Shown: one piece after another, positions 1 to 10,132 of the stretch
Layout of the letters: each line of letters starts with the position of its first letter
Position numbering within the stretch: position 1 is the first letter of the stretch
Origin: an uncultured Dehalococcoidales bacterium
GTDB lineage: Bacteria; Chloroflexota; Dehalococcoidia; Lucifugimonadales; Lucifugimonadaceae
Length of the DNA: 64,000 nt
Direction: 5' to 3'
NCBI GenBank assembly: GCA_963934365.1
Contig: CAWVYJ010000001.1
Location: 377-64,376 of the forward strand
Notes under the pieces: model-generated
The model's input: only the letters and a program-made list of their open reading frames with translations
What the model was told of the DNA's origin: nothing
Databases searched by the model: none
Made by a program: the position numbers and the translations under genes

Positions 1-1
1 A

Positions 2-787
2 GTTGGACGCACTGAGCGGTTTAGCCACGAGCTCGCTGCGACTGAGATGGAGATACCCGGAGTCGCTACTCCTAATGTGATTGAAACGGGTACGTTAGAG
101 GGCAGGGCGTGGGTGATTCTGAATCGACTCGAAGGTTCGAGTGGTTATAACGTTTGGCCGGGATTGGATCAGGAAGCTCGAAGAAATTTGTCCGGTCAAG
201 TGGCGACTGCTTTGAGCCATATGCAACAGTTTCAGCCAGACGAAGGTATGTTGCACGCTGAAACTCAGGACTGGGCGGCGCACATAAGGAAGTCTTTCAA
301 TCGGGCGCTTCGTGCAGTCGATAACGTAGTACCGGGCAGAGTGCTTACAACTTCGCAGGCTGCATTTGCACAGTGGGCAGAAGCACTGACCGATCGACCT
401 CGGGTTCTGTGTCACGGTGATCTGTGGTTTGGCAACATTTTGGTCGGCAGCAACGGTAGTCTGTCGGGAATTCTCGATTTCGATCGAATGGCACTGGCAC
501 CTGCCGACTACGAACTCGATATGTTGCTTCGGTTCTGGCGATACCCGTGGAATTTTGTTCCCGAGCAGCTAGAAGAGACCTACGGTGATCCGCTGGATAT
601 CGAGCTAATGAAGCCGTTCGTGGAACTGTGTCAAGGCAATTTGAGCGACGATGCACTATCGGCTCGACTCAGCGCATTGGAGTTGATCTACCGCTTGAAT
701 CTCGTAAATCGCTTCGGGTGGAACGACGAATCGGCCGAGATGTTCGAGACAGTTCTAGGCGGCGATTGGGCTGCGGGTTTGGTTTAG
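2..787 (+). CDS. Aminoglycoside phosphotransferase (APH)/choline-kinase-like family protein, 5'-truncated by the window edge
   Basis: Brenner motif HGDLWFGNIL and DFD metal-binding motif. The frame is open from base 2, upstream of the ATG at 47. Confidence 0.8.
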   Translation, partial: VGRTERFSHELAATEMEIPGVATPNVIETGTLEGRAWVILNRLEGSSGYNVWPGLDQEARRNLSGQVATALSHMQQFQPDEGMLHAETQDWAAHIRKSFNRALRAVDNVVPGRVLTTSQAAFAQWAEALTDRPRVLCHGDLWFGNILVGSNGSLSGILDFDRMALAPADYELDMLLRFWRYPWNFVPEQLEETYGDPLDIELMKPFVELCQGNLSDDALSARLSALELIYRLNLVNRFGWNDESAEMFETVLGGDWAAGLV

Positions 788-1079
788 TACGCTTGCCGAG
801 AGTTCTTACTTGTAGCTCCTTCTCACCGTGTGAGAAAATTAGGTTGCGGGGGCATGTAAATCGCTTGTTAGCATCAATATATGATCAAGTCATCCCAACC
901 CCGGCATTCCTCCTCCCAGACGGATAGGACTTTCCGTCTGCCACACACGAGTTTTCGTTAAATATTCCGATCTCTGAAAACGCCCCAACGGCACCTTTCT
1001 CACTAGACAAACTGCAAAAGCAGAACCATAGTGTGCCGAGCAAGTAAATCAGTTCTGACCATCAGCAGGAGATGTCGTA

Positions 1080-2231
1080 ATGAAAGCCGTTGTATACAAA
1101 GAGCCGTTCAAGGTTGCTGTGGAGACGGTTCCAGATCCGCAGATCCTTCACCCCAACGATGCAATCGTGCAAATTACGTCGTCCTGCATTTGTGGATCCG
1201 ATTTACACATGTACGAAGGTCGTACGGCGGCACAGCCCGGGATCGTGTTTGGTCACGAGAATATGGGCGTGATCGTAGAAGTTGGACCAGCTGTTAAAAC
1301 TCGCAAGGTCGGCGACCGAGTGGTGATGCCATTTAATGTAGCGTGCGGATTCTGTAAGAATTGTCTTGGCGGATACACCGGATACTGCACGACAGTGAAT
1401 CCCGGGTTCGCCGGTGGTGCCTACGGATACGTTTCGATGGGACCGTGGGTCGGAGGTCAGGCCGAACTAATGCAGGTTCCATTTGCCGATTTCAATTGTC
1501 TGGTGCTGCCTGAGGGCACCGAGCATGAAGCCGATTTCGCGTTGCTCGCTGATATCTTCCCGACCGGTTATCACGGCACGGAACTTGCGGGGGTGAAACC
1601 GGGCGAAAGTGTTGCGGTGTTCGGATGTGGGCCTGTCGGACTCATGGCTTCATATAGCGCTATTTTACGAGGCGCATCGAAGGTATTCGCGGTCGATCAC
1701 GTTCAAGAACGACTCGACAAGGCTGCTGAAATCGGTGCGATTCCGATCAACTACGACGTGGCAAATCCGGTCGAACAGATCAAGGAGCACTTGGGTGGAG
1801 TGGGCGTCGATAAGGGAATCGACGCCGTGGGCTATCAGGCAACAGCGGCTGGTTCGTCGGCCGTTGGGGGACAGCAGGACGAGGTGCCGAACATTGTTCT
1901 CAATCAACTAATCGACGTGGTTGCTCCGACCGGTGCGCTAGGAATTCCTGGTTTGTACGTACCTTCCGACCCTGGAGGAGTAGATGAACGCGCTAAGAAG
2001 GGTGCACTGTCGATCAACTTTGGGCAGCTTTTCGAGAAGGGTATTCGTCTGGGTACTGGACAATGCAACGTAAAGCAATACAACGCCAACTTGCGAGATC
2101 TGATCATCTCCGGCAAGGCGCTACCAAGCTTCGTCGTATCGCATGAAGTGTCGCTAGACGAAGCGCCTGATGCCTACCAAAAGTTCGACCAGCGAGTGGA
2201 CGGCTACACAAAGGTTATTTTGCATCCGTAA
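1080..2231 (+). CDS. Glutathione-independent formaldehyde dehydrogenase-like zinc MDR alcohol dehydrogenase
   Basis: CGSDLH, GHE, CGFCKNC..C structural Zn site, LADIFPTGYH and GCGPVG. RBS AGGAG upstream. Confidence 0.88.
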   Translation: MKAVVYKEPFKVAVETVPDPQILHPNDAIVQITSSCICGSDLHMYEGRTAAQPGIVFGHENMGVIVEVGPAVKTRKVGDRVVMPFNVACGFCKNCLGGYTGYCTTVNPGFAGGAYGYVSMGPWVGGQAELMQVPFADFNCLVLPEGTEHEADFALLADIFPTGYHGTELAGVKPGESVAVFGCGPVGLMASYSAILRGASKVFAVDHVQERLDKAAEIGAIPINYDVANPVEQIKEHLGGVGVDKGIDAVGYQATAAGSSAVGGQQDEVPNIVLNQLIDVVAPTGALGIPGLYVPSDPGGVDERAKKGALSINFGQLFEKGIRLGTGQCNVKQYNANLRDLIISGKALPSFVVSHEVSLDEAPDAYQKFDQRVDGYTKVILHP

Positions 2232-2271
2232 TCAAGCGAGCGTTTGCGCTTAGTAAGAAGGAATTGCAGAT

Positions 2272-2664
2272 ATGGCACGACAATGGGGTGCTGGTGACTA
2301 TCGATACGAGCTGGTTGAGAACTGGCCAAAGGTGGCCGTCAAAAGCTCGCAAGAGCGTATGGCGCATTTGAACGAATGAATGGTGGTGGTGATCGAAGCT
2401 AGTGCGAAGAACCCCTCGCGTGTGCGCCTTCATGTGAGACCGAGTCGAACGACAGACGGCCACGGAGTGATGCACATCGTTGGTCACGCCGGTGTTGAGC
2501 TACGTTCGTTGGACGGCACGCTGCTGGGTCGCTGGGGTGAGAATGGTGATGGCGCTGGTCACTTCACGAATTCACCACATAGAGTGTATATCGATAGTGA
2601 ATAGTCGATATACATCTCTGAAGTTGGCGGAAACAATCGATTGCAGAAGTTCGCTCGGGTTTAG
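2272..2664 (+). pseudogene. Decayed NHL-repeat (beta-propeller) protein gene
   Basis: RBS AAGGA then MARQWGAGDYRYELVENWPK, a typical NHL-protein N-terminus. Same-frame C-terminus LLGRWGENGDGAGHFTNSPHRVYIDSE*SIYISEVGGNNRLQKFARV. In-frame stops at 2377-2379 and 2602-2604; only about 130 codons remain. Confidence 0.75.
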
Positions 2665-2935
2665 TCTAGGCAATTAAACAACGCAGCCCTGAGTCGCTTG
2701 GTTCATTAGAGAGAACGTGAGCGAGCACAGGGCTGAGTGGTTGATTCTTTTGTTAGTACCGGGCGTGCATTCGGACTTGGGCACCAAGCGATCTCCGCTG
2801 AGAACTCTCCAGAGCCAGTTGTCGACATAGAGGCGTTACGCGACCTCGTACTAGATCCCTCGACTTCGATGACTTCGCTCAGGAAGTCGTCGCTGGCGTT
2901 TGATCTTAGAGTTCGGGTTATTCAGCGAACCAGAA

Positions 2936-3529
2936 CTAGTCGGCGGCGTTTGCTGTTGGGCGGGCATCGAGGAGGTCGATACCACCTCGGACTTGACCAA
3001 GGGTGTCGGCGATTCGTTCTTCTAGCGTGAACAAAATCTCGCGAGCATAGTTGTCTGCGCCCTTGCGACGTGAGTCAGCTGAAGTTTCAGCCTCATTCAA
3101 GATACTGTTTACACGGCTTTCAGCATCATCGATTAAGTTGCGAGCGCGCTTCTGTGCATCGGCTTCTATCTCGGTTGCCTGTTCGTTAGCCATTCGGGTG
3201 ATCTCAGTGTCCTGAATCATATTTCGGGCTTCTTCTTGCGACGTCGTAAGCAGCGTGTTCGACTGCTCTTCAGCGAGCTGACGAATAGTTGTTGCTTCGT
3301 CATCTGCGTAGGCGCGAATTCGTCGGGCTTCTAATTCAGCCTGCTTGATGATCGCGTCTTTCTGACGAACTACACCCTCGGCTTCATTCAACTGTTCTGG
3401 CATTTCACCCTTCATCTCATCGATGGCTGCTGTGATTTTGTCCAGGTTTACGAGTGTTCGAGCTGTTCCGGGTACTCGACCTTTGACGATCATCGCCTCT
3501 AGGTCTTCGAGCTGTGACATAAGTGTCAT
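2936..3529 (-). CDS. Coiled-coil protein of the DivIVA/SepIVA-like family, usually found downstream of coaD
   Basis: N-terminal LEDLE..RVP...LV...IDEM...P pattern, long Ala/Glu heptads, GADNYA motif, and the rsmD-coaD-X gene order. RBS GGAGG. Confidence 0.65.
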   Translation of the reverse strand: MTLMSQLEDLEAMIVKGRVPGTARTLVNLDKITAAIDEMKGEMPEQLNEAEGVVRQKDAIIKQAELEARRIRAYADDEATTIRQLAEEQSNTLLTTSQEEARNMIQDTEITRMANEQATEIEADAQKRARNLIDDAESRVNSILNEAETSADSRRKGADNYAREILFTLEERIADTLGQVRGGIDLLDARPTANAAD

Positions 3530-3564
3530 TTTCTGCCTCCATACATGTTGTCTGACGCGTGTTT

Positions 3565-4071
3565 TTAACTATTACTTGCTACTTTATTTCGTTTGGCTTC
3601 GAGCTTCTCAACCAGAGGTTCCCAAACGTTTTTAGGAACTAGATCCGACACATCCGCGCCTAGTGCCGCTACTTCCTTAACTCTCGATGAACTCAGGATC
3701 TGATATTGCAGTGAGCTAAATAGACAAACGGTTTCGACGTCTTCAGCCATCCTTCGGTTCATTAGTGCCATTTCACTTTCGTACTCAAAATCACTCGTGA
3801 TCCGTAAACCACGAATGATTACCGTTGCTTCGATTTCCCGGGCAGCGTTGACTGTTAAGCCTGAGTACGCCTTCACCGATACGTTTGGCAAGTGTGCCAC
3901 TGCATCGGAGAACATTTTTATCCGCTCATCGACATTGAACATGGTTCGTTTCGATGAGACGTCGACAACACCAACCGTCAAATGTTCGACGGTCTGTGAT
4001 GCCCTTTCGACAATATCCACGTGCCCATTGGTAACGGGATCAAACGTGCCGGGATAGATCGCTCGTGCCAT
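3565..4071 (-). CDS. coaD: Phosphopantetheine adenylyltransferase
   Basis: YPGTFDPVTNGH, IRGLR..DFEYE and SSSRVKEVA motifs. Confidence 0.97.
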   Translation of the reverse strand: MARAIYPGTFDPVTNGHVDIVERASQTVEHLTVGVVDVSSKRTMFNVDERIKMFSDAVAHLPNVSVKAYSGLTVNAAREIEATVIIRGLRITSDFEYESEMALMNRRMAEDVETVCLFSSLQYQILSSSRVKEVAALGADVSDLVPKNVWEPLVEKLEAKRNKVASNS

Positions 4072-4647
4072 CTATTTGCCCTCTAGGTTTGTTATTTGGG
4101 TTGGAGTGGTTTGAGATTTGTATACCGAAATTGCGGTGTCGCCGTAGAATTTGTGGGTATACAACGAGAGTCCGGGAAGTGAATCGGGGAGATCGGTCAT
4201 CTTAGAGTGTTCGAGAAATGCGATGGCTTTGGGTGAAATTAGATGGGCGTTGTGAACAAGCTCGAATAGAGATTCGAACTCGACGAGATTGTAGGGAGGA
4301 TCGGCAAAAATCAGGTCAAACTCACCCTTCAGTCTTCGGACTGAGTTGAGTGCGCTACCTTTTTGCACTGAAGCTTGCATTGGTAATTTGTACTTTTCTA
4401 GAGCCTTTTCTATATCTGCGCACCGACGACCGTTTTGCTCGATGAACGTTGCGTTTGTTGCGCCGCGCTTAAGAGCTTCAATCCCGAGTGCTCCCGTTCC
4501 TGCGTAAATATCAAGTACCCGCAAACCTTGAGGTCCTGCAGGTCCGAGCATCGAAAAAATAGCTGATTTAACCTTCGAAGTTGTCGGTCTGAGGCCGGAA
4601 CCAGTATTTCGACGGAACTGTGAAGATCCTCTTCGATTGTTGCTCAT
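4072..4647 (-). CDS. rsmD: 16S rRNA m2G966 methyltransferase
   Basis: LRPT, LDIYAGTGALGIEA, DPPY and YGDT motifs. Start uncertain (ATG 4647 or 4704). Confidence 0.9.
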   Translation of the reverse strand: MSNNRRGSSQFRRNTGSGLRPTTSKVKSAIFSMLGPAGPQGLRVLDIYAGTGALGIEALKRGATNATFIEQNGRRCADIEKALEKYKLPMQASVQKGSALNSVRRLKGEFDLIFADPPYNLVEFESLFELVHNAHLISPKAIAFLEHSKMTDLPDSLPGLSLYTHKFYGDTAISVYKSQTTPTQITNLEGK

Positions 4648-5000
4648 CGCATTTTCGATCCGTACTTGAGACCCTTGAATTTCTCTAAGTGCTCGTAAAG
4701 CCATTACGCGAAATGGGACAAATTCGATTATTCATGGAGCCGTCATTGTTAACCATCGTGAGTTGTTACAGGTTTTCGCGGTTTTACACGGATGCGGTGT
4801 TATCAGCCGCCTAATCTATGGCTATTCCGTTACTTGTACTTGCGAATCACAGGCGGTCCGATAGCTGGCTTAGAATGAATTGCTGCAAAGTTGGCATGTG
4901 GTCGTCGCTTGGCCAAGCAGCATTAGGTGAGAGAAGTGACGTATCGTGAAAACATGCGTAACAATACGATTGACAGCAGGCAATTTCGGCACTGGAAAAT

Positions 5001-6581
5001 ATGACAAACCAAGATCAACAAGAACAGCCAGAATCGTTGTCAGATTCTTTGAACGAAGCCGATGTGGCTGCAGGCGAACGAAAACTCATTGAAGATCGTC
5101 TCGCCAAAACGGCTCAGATCCGGGCGAAGGGGATCGATCCTTACCCAGCACGTTTTGATCGAACTCATACGTCTGAAGAAGCAACTAAACTGTTCGAAAG
5201 CGCCGAAGTAATGGTCAGCAATGGGGTTGGTGGCGATTCCGGGCACCAACGAACCGAAACCATCCGAATCGCCGGTCGAGTTATGGCTCGTCGGGGTATG
5301 GGTAAGGCTGCATTCATCGACCTGAAGGACGGGTATGGTTCGATTCAGGCGTTTGCCCGCCAGAACACGATGGGCGACGACGAGTACGAAATATTGAGTT
5401 TATTGGATATTGGCGACATCATCGGCGTGGAAGGTTCAGTTATACGGACTCGACGCGGTGAAATTAGCGTTGAGGCTGCCAAAGTTACCGTTCTCACCAA
5501 GGCGATTCGTCCGTTGCCCGACAAGTGGCATGGTCTGCAGGATCAAGAAATTCGATTCCGCCAGCGCTATCTCGATCTGATTTCTAACGACAAGGCGATG
5601 AAGAATGCTCTGTTGCGTTCAAAGGTCGTTCAGTCTATGCGAGCGTTCATGCACGGTTCCGGATTTATAGAAGTCGAAACTCCGATTCTGGTACCCGTGG
5701 CCGGTGGTGCTCAGGCGACTCCGTTTGAGACTCATCATAACCAGCTTGACCGCGATTTGTATCTGCGAATTGCAACCGAGCTTTATCTGAAAAAGTTGAT
5801 AGTCGGTGGTATCGAACGAGTATTCGAAATCGGTCGATTGTTTCGAAATGAAGGACTCGATCACGATCACAATCCAGAGTTCACGACCATCGAGAGTTAT
5901 CAGGCGTACGCCGATTACAACGATGTGATGGAGATGGTCGAGAACTTGGTTTCGACTATAGCCAAAGAAACGACCGGCTCGATGGTTTTGCCGGAAGTTG
6001 AGGGTATGAGACCCGAGATCGATCTAACGCCTCCGTGGCCTCGACTCGACCTACGTGAAGAGATTAAAAAGCGAACGGGCATCGATTTCGTTGTGACCCG
6101 TGACACTGAGTCGCTTTCGGCGGCGATGCGGGAGCGTGGTATTCACGTCGAAGCTGGATCGACGTGGGGGCGTTTGCTTGACAAGGTTATTTCGTCAGAA
6201 GTTGAACCTCATCTTGTGCAGCCTAATTTCTTGGTCGACTACCCGGTCGAAATGTCTCCGCTCGCAAAGCGTAAACCCGACTTAGACGAAATCGTCGAGA
6301 GGTTTGAAGGTTTCGTTATGGGAACCGAACTTTGTAATGCATTTACTGAATTGAATGATCCGGTCGATCAGCGTGATAGATTCGAGCAGCAGGAGAAGAT
6401 GCGTTTGGAGTTCGGGGATGATGAAGCTGATCGTTTGGATGAAGACTTTCTCGTTGCTATCGAACACGGCATGCCGCCAACGGGCGGGCTTGGACTGGGG
6501 ATCGACCGGCTCACAATGCTGATCGCCGGAGAAGAGTCGATCCGAGAAATTTTGCTATTCCCTGCCATGCGTAACACCTGA
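5001..6581 (+). CDS. lysS: Lysine--tRNA ligase (class II)
   Basis: OB-fold anticodon domain, RQRYLDL, YLRIATELYLK, FRNEG, HNPEFT and GMPPTGGLGLGIDRL. Confidence 0.98.
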   Translation: MTNQDQQEQPESLSDSLNEADVAAGERKLIEDRLAKTAQIRAKGIDPYPARFDRTHTSEEATKLFESAEVMVSNGVGGDSGHQRTETIRIAGRVMARRGMGKAAFIDLKDGYGSIQAFARQNTMGDDEYEILSLLDIGDIIGVEGSVIRTRRGEISVEAAKVTVLTKAIRPLPDKWHGLQDQEIRFRQRYLDLISNDKAMKNALLRSKVVQSMRAFMHGSGFIEVETPILVPVAGGAQATPFETHHNQLDRDLYLRIATELYLKKLIVGGIERVFEIGRLFRNEGLDHDHNPEFTTIESYQAYADYNDVMEMVENLVSTIAKETTGSMVLPEVEGMRPEIDLTPPWPRLDLREEIKKRTGIDFVVTRDTESLSAAMRERGIHVEAGSTWGRLLDKVISSEVEPHLVQPNFLVDYPVEMSPLAKRKPDLDEIVERFEGFVMGTELCNAFTELNDPVDQRDRFEQQEKMRLEFGDDEADRLDEDFLVAIEHGMPPTGGLGLGIDRLTMLIAGEESIREILLFPAMRNT

Positions 6582-6629
6582 CCTAATCGAACTAGTATTT
6601 CGTAGCCTGCCAAATTATTAGAGTAAAAA

Positions 6630-7892
6630 ATGCTTTCACTGGAACAGATAGTCCGAGATCCTGAAAAATTCCGATCCGCATTGGTTCGACGTGGAGAAGA
6701 CCCGCCTATCGATAGGATTGTCGAACTCGACTCTCGACGAAAAAAGTTGATCCAGGAAGCCGACGTCGATCGTGCGAATCGGAACAAGGTGAGCAAGGCT
6801 ATTGGTGACGAGAAGCGGAAGCCAACGCCAGAAGAGATCGTAGAAATGCGTGAGGCTGGCGAGCGGATCAAATATGTAGAGGCGGATTTGGCGGATGTTC
6901 TAGAAGAGTTGAACTCCATTCTTCTACCGATTCCGAACACGCCACTCGATGATGTTCCAGATGGACTTGATGATGAATCTAATATCGTAATTCGTACTTC
7001 GCAAGGCCCTACCGAGTTGCATGGGAATGCACACTGGGACGTTGCTACCAATCTAGATATTCTCGATCTTGAAGCCGGTGCGAGTATTGCAGGCGCACGC
7101 TTTTACGTTCTGAAGGGAAAGGGTGCCAAGCTCCAACGTGCATTGGCGTCTTGGATGCTTGATATTCAGACTGAAGTCCACGGCTACACCGAAATCGACC
7201 CGCCGCTATTGGTTCGTGGTGAGACGATGACCGGTTCAGGAAACCTACCCAAGTTCAAGGACAATCTCTATCGCGACGATGAGTCGGATTTGTGGCTCGT
7301 GCCTACAGCCGAAGTCGCACTGAACGGATTACATCAAGGAAAAATTATCGACCCTGATCGGCTCCCGCTGAAGTACGTAGCTCAGACTCCTAGCTTCCGT
7401 AAAGAGCACACGTCGGCAGGAAGAGACGTTCGCGGAATCAAGCGGGTTCATCAGTTTGAAAAAGTCGAGATGTTCCGCTACGTCGAACCAAACACTTCTG
7501 ACGAAATGTTGGAAGAGATGGTCTGTGAGGCTGAATCGCTGTGCGCTCGACTTGGATTGACCTACCGAGTGCTACAGCTTTGTGCTGGTGATATCGGCTT
7601 CCAGTCAGCTAAAACCTACGACATCGAAGTGTGGTCGCCGGGTTGTGGCGAGTGGCTTGAAGTCAGCTCTATTTCTACGTGTACCGATTTCCAGACCCGA
7701 CGAAACGGAACTCGATATCGTCCAGAAGTGGGGGCTTCGACCAAGTTGCCGCACACTCTGAACGGTTCAGGATTGGCACTGCCTCGCATTTGGATTGCAG
7801 TTATAGAGAATGGTCTACAGTCAGACGGATCGATCGTTATTCCTGATGTACTGGTTCCTTACACCGGCTGGGATCGGATCGAAGTAAACTAG
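6630..7892 (+). CDS. serS: Serine--tRNA ligase
   Basis: N-terminal coiled-coil arm, LVPTAEV, RVHQFEKVE, KTYDIEVW and HTLNGSGLA. Confidence 0.98.
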   Translation: MLSLEQIVRDPEKFRSALVRRGEDPPIDRIVELDSRRKKLIQEADVDRANRNKVSKAIGDEKRKPTPEEIVEMREAGERIKYVEADLADVLEELNSILLPIPNTPLDDVPDGLDDESNIVIRTSQGPTELHGNAHWDVATNLDILDLEAGASIAGARFYVLKGKGAKLQRALASWMLDIQTEVHGYTEIDPPLLVRGETMTGSGNLPKFKDNLYRDDESDLWLVPTAEVALNGLHQGKIIDPDRLPLKYVAQTPSFRKEHTSAGRDVRGIKRVHQFEKVEMFRYVEPNTSDEMLEEMVCEAESLCARLGLTYRVLQLCAGDIGFQSAKTYDIEVWSPGCGEWLEVSSISTCTDFQTRRNGTRYRPEVGASTKLPHTLNGSGLALPRIWIAVIENGLQSDGSIVIPDVLVPYTGWDRIEVN

Positions 7893-8014
7893 CTTGGTCA
7901 TTTTGCACACGAAATAATCAGGCTCACATCGGAAGCACTGGACTAGAAATATCCGCAGCTATTTTCGGCGACTGGACTGAGTTTCCCATGTAGCCAATGA
8001 AGTCGGTTGAGTGT

Positions 8015-10132
8015 TTATGGACGAATGTCGAGCGTGTAGTTCGTTGGCATTGTCGAATGGCGGTTAGTTGCGCTGATAATGATCACTACGAGATCATTGT
8101 CAGCGATATTCTCGACTGTCAGGTTTCCCGTACCCATTGAATTGACAGGAACCTCATAAACGACCGGATCGCCAATGTCTTTTTCGTGGATCACTTGAAC
8201 GAGATACTGCGTTGGGATGGTCTCTTCGACTCTGACGAATCCGTTTGCGGTCCAATCGGAAAATGTCGAAGTATCATCAACCCATCCGAGTTCAGGAATT
8301 TCGAAATCATCGAAGCAAGCGCCTTGTGCGAATACAGCGTCATCGGTGATGTATTCAAACCTGAGAAATATCTGTTCACCGGCGTAATCAGAAAGATCGA
8401 CCGAATCCTTAACCCATCCTAGACTTGTGCCCGTTATTCCGGAGCCATAGGCGTTGCCGTTTGGATCGAAATTTATGGCTCTCTCGGTGTCTAAAATATC
8501 CCATGTGCTGCCATCGTCGTTCGACACCATCACATAGGCATAATCCCAAAACTTTTCGATGGTGTAGTTGACCCAGAACGTTAATGAGGCTGAATTGACT
8601 GACCGAAGATCGACATTTCGCGTCAATGTTGAATCGATCGAATCACCCTGATTCGACCACCAGCACGTGTCACCAGAGTGCGGAGCGGTGGTTAGTAAAG
8701 ATGTCGTAGCTTCACCTTGGAATTCGACAGACATCCTACTTGATTTACTTGAAGTCACAACGTAGTTAGAGCCGTAAGATTTGACTGAACCTGAGAGCGA
8801 GTCGGGTGCGCGCTTGTAGACATTTCTCACCTGCGGAACGAAATTATTGTCATACGCATAGGGTCCTGTGTTTACATTGAGATAATTGGCGACGAGCCAA
8901 TCGCCGTACACGTCGTCGGCTGTTGCATCGAATCCACGTTCGGTGAGAGTGAGGTCTACAGACTCCATACCGTCAGCCTGATGCTGGGCAATCGCGGTAA
9001 GTAACTCATTGCCACCATAGTGAACCGAAAGGAATGTAAAGAATAGTTTTGCAGCTCCGTAGTTTGCCGCTGAAACAGAAATGTCTTGTGCCCACGCAGT
9101 GAGCGACGTTGCGGGTGCTCGAACGAATGCTGTTGCCGACGATCTGGTAAACCCAGCGATCTCAGCAGCCACTTCTGATAGGCCTTCGTTGACCCAAGAG
9201 TCTTCACTATTGTCGGTCGCAAAGTGAGTAGCATGCTGCAATTCATGAGCGATCACGCTTAGGTATTCGTTACCCAGCAGATCGAGGCTGTTGGCTGACA
9301 TATAGAGAGCTTCACGCTCGTTCGATTGCGTTCGGATCTCTTTCGGGTATGAGTCGGCAGCGGAGAAATATCCGGCAATTCCTGATCGTAAGACCGCTGT
9401 ATAAACAACCATTCGGTCATCGCCGTCTATGCCCGGTGTCAGTGGCGCTCCAAAAATTTCAGTAACGGCCGGCCAAACGTCGGATTCAAAATTGCTGGCG
9501 ACCTCAGCGATGTCCATTGGGTCAGGCTCATAGCCGGTTTCGAATACCCAGTAAACGTGCTCTGATACATGAGAAACTGTGCCGTTTACTAGCACGCTAC
9601 CGACGTCCCTCAACACCCAAAAATTTACATCGTCGCCAACAATGAAAGGTTTCGATACCACTACCGTTTTCCGTTCGGTGTAGCCGGGAACGAGTCTCTT
9701 ACCTAGATCTTGTAGATCGCGGTCAGGAGGGGCTGGAATGATCGGTTCGGGCTGGGGCGAGATGAATATAGAAGTGGCGGTTGGGATTCTGGTTGGGAAC
9801 GGTGTTCGGATAGGAGTTGGCCGTTCCGTTAGAGTGACCGGTGTGGCGGTACTTAAAGCCTGGGGAGTCAGAGCAATGGGCTTAGGCATGCCGGTCGGTT
9901 TTGGTTCAGGCGTGCGTAATGGGATCGGGGTCGCTGTTGAAATTTTCGCTTCGGGTAGCTGCGTCGCGGTAACGGGTTGGGAATTGGGTGTTACCCACTC
10001 TTTTGGTTCGGCATCAACGACGGGAGTGGTACAACCAATTACGATAGCGAGCAAAGCAAGCATGCCAACTATGTGTAGAGATTTTGGCAAGTTGATCCGC
10101 AAAAGATGAAATTCTGAATTTTCATGCATCAC
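8015..10132 (-). CDS. Secreted/lipoprotein zinc metalloprotease (M6 immune inhibitor A / M30-like) with Pro/Thr-rich linker
   Basis: Lipobox-like AIVIGC, P/T-rich stalk, HELQH zinc motif followed by W.NEGLSE, and a C-terminal InhA/MAM-like domain (WDYAYV, LRFEYITD). The true start may be downstream of 10132. Confidence 0.75.
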   Translation of the reverse strand: MMHENSEFHLLRINLPKSLHIVGMLALLAIVIGCTTPVVDAEPKEWVTPNSQPVTATQLPEAKISTATPIPLRTPEPKPTGMPKPIALTPQALSTATPVTLTERPTPIRTPFPTRIPTATSIFISPQPEPIIPAPPDRDLQDLGKRLVPGYTERKTVVVSKPFIVGDDVNFWVLRDVGSVLVNGTVSHVSEHVYWVFETGYEPDPMDIAEVASNFESDVWPAVTEIFGAPLTPGIDGDDRMVVYTAVLRSGIAGYFSAADSYPKEIRTQSNEREALYMSANSLDLLGNEYLSVIAHELQHATHFATDNSEDSWVNEGLSEVAAEIAGFTRSSATAFVRAPATSLTAWAQDISVSAANYGAAKLFFTFLSVHYGGNELLTAIAQHQADGMESVDLTLTERGFDATADDVYGDWLVANYLNVNTGPYAYDNNFVPQVRNVYKRAPDSLSGSVKSYGSNYVVTSSKSSRMSVEFQGEATTSLLTTAPHSGDTCWWSNQGDSIDSTLTRNVDLRSVNSASLTFWVNYTIEKFWDYAYVMVSNDDGSTWDILDTERAINFDPNGNAYGSGITGTSLGWVKDSVDLSDYAGEQIFLRFEYITDDAVFAQGACFDDFEIPELGWVDDTSTFSDWTANGFVRVEETIPTQYLVQVIHEKDIGDPVVYEVPVNSMGTGNLTVENIADNDLVVIIISATNRHSTMPTNYTLDIRP

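Noticed and set aside
2-787. APH-family gene as an antibiotic resistance determinant
   Set aside because: Only the general kinase-fold motifs are visible; this family is broad and there is no mobile context.
6368-7051. Long antisense ORFs such as 6368..7051, 22466..23041, 55651..56223 and 58403..59236
   Set aside because: They are shadow frames of well-supported genes on the opposite strand and have no motifs.
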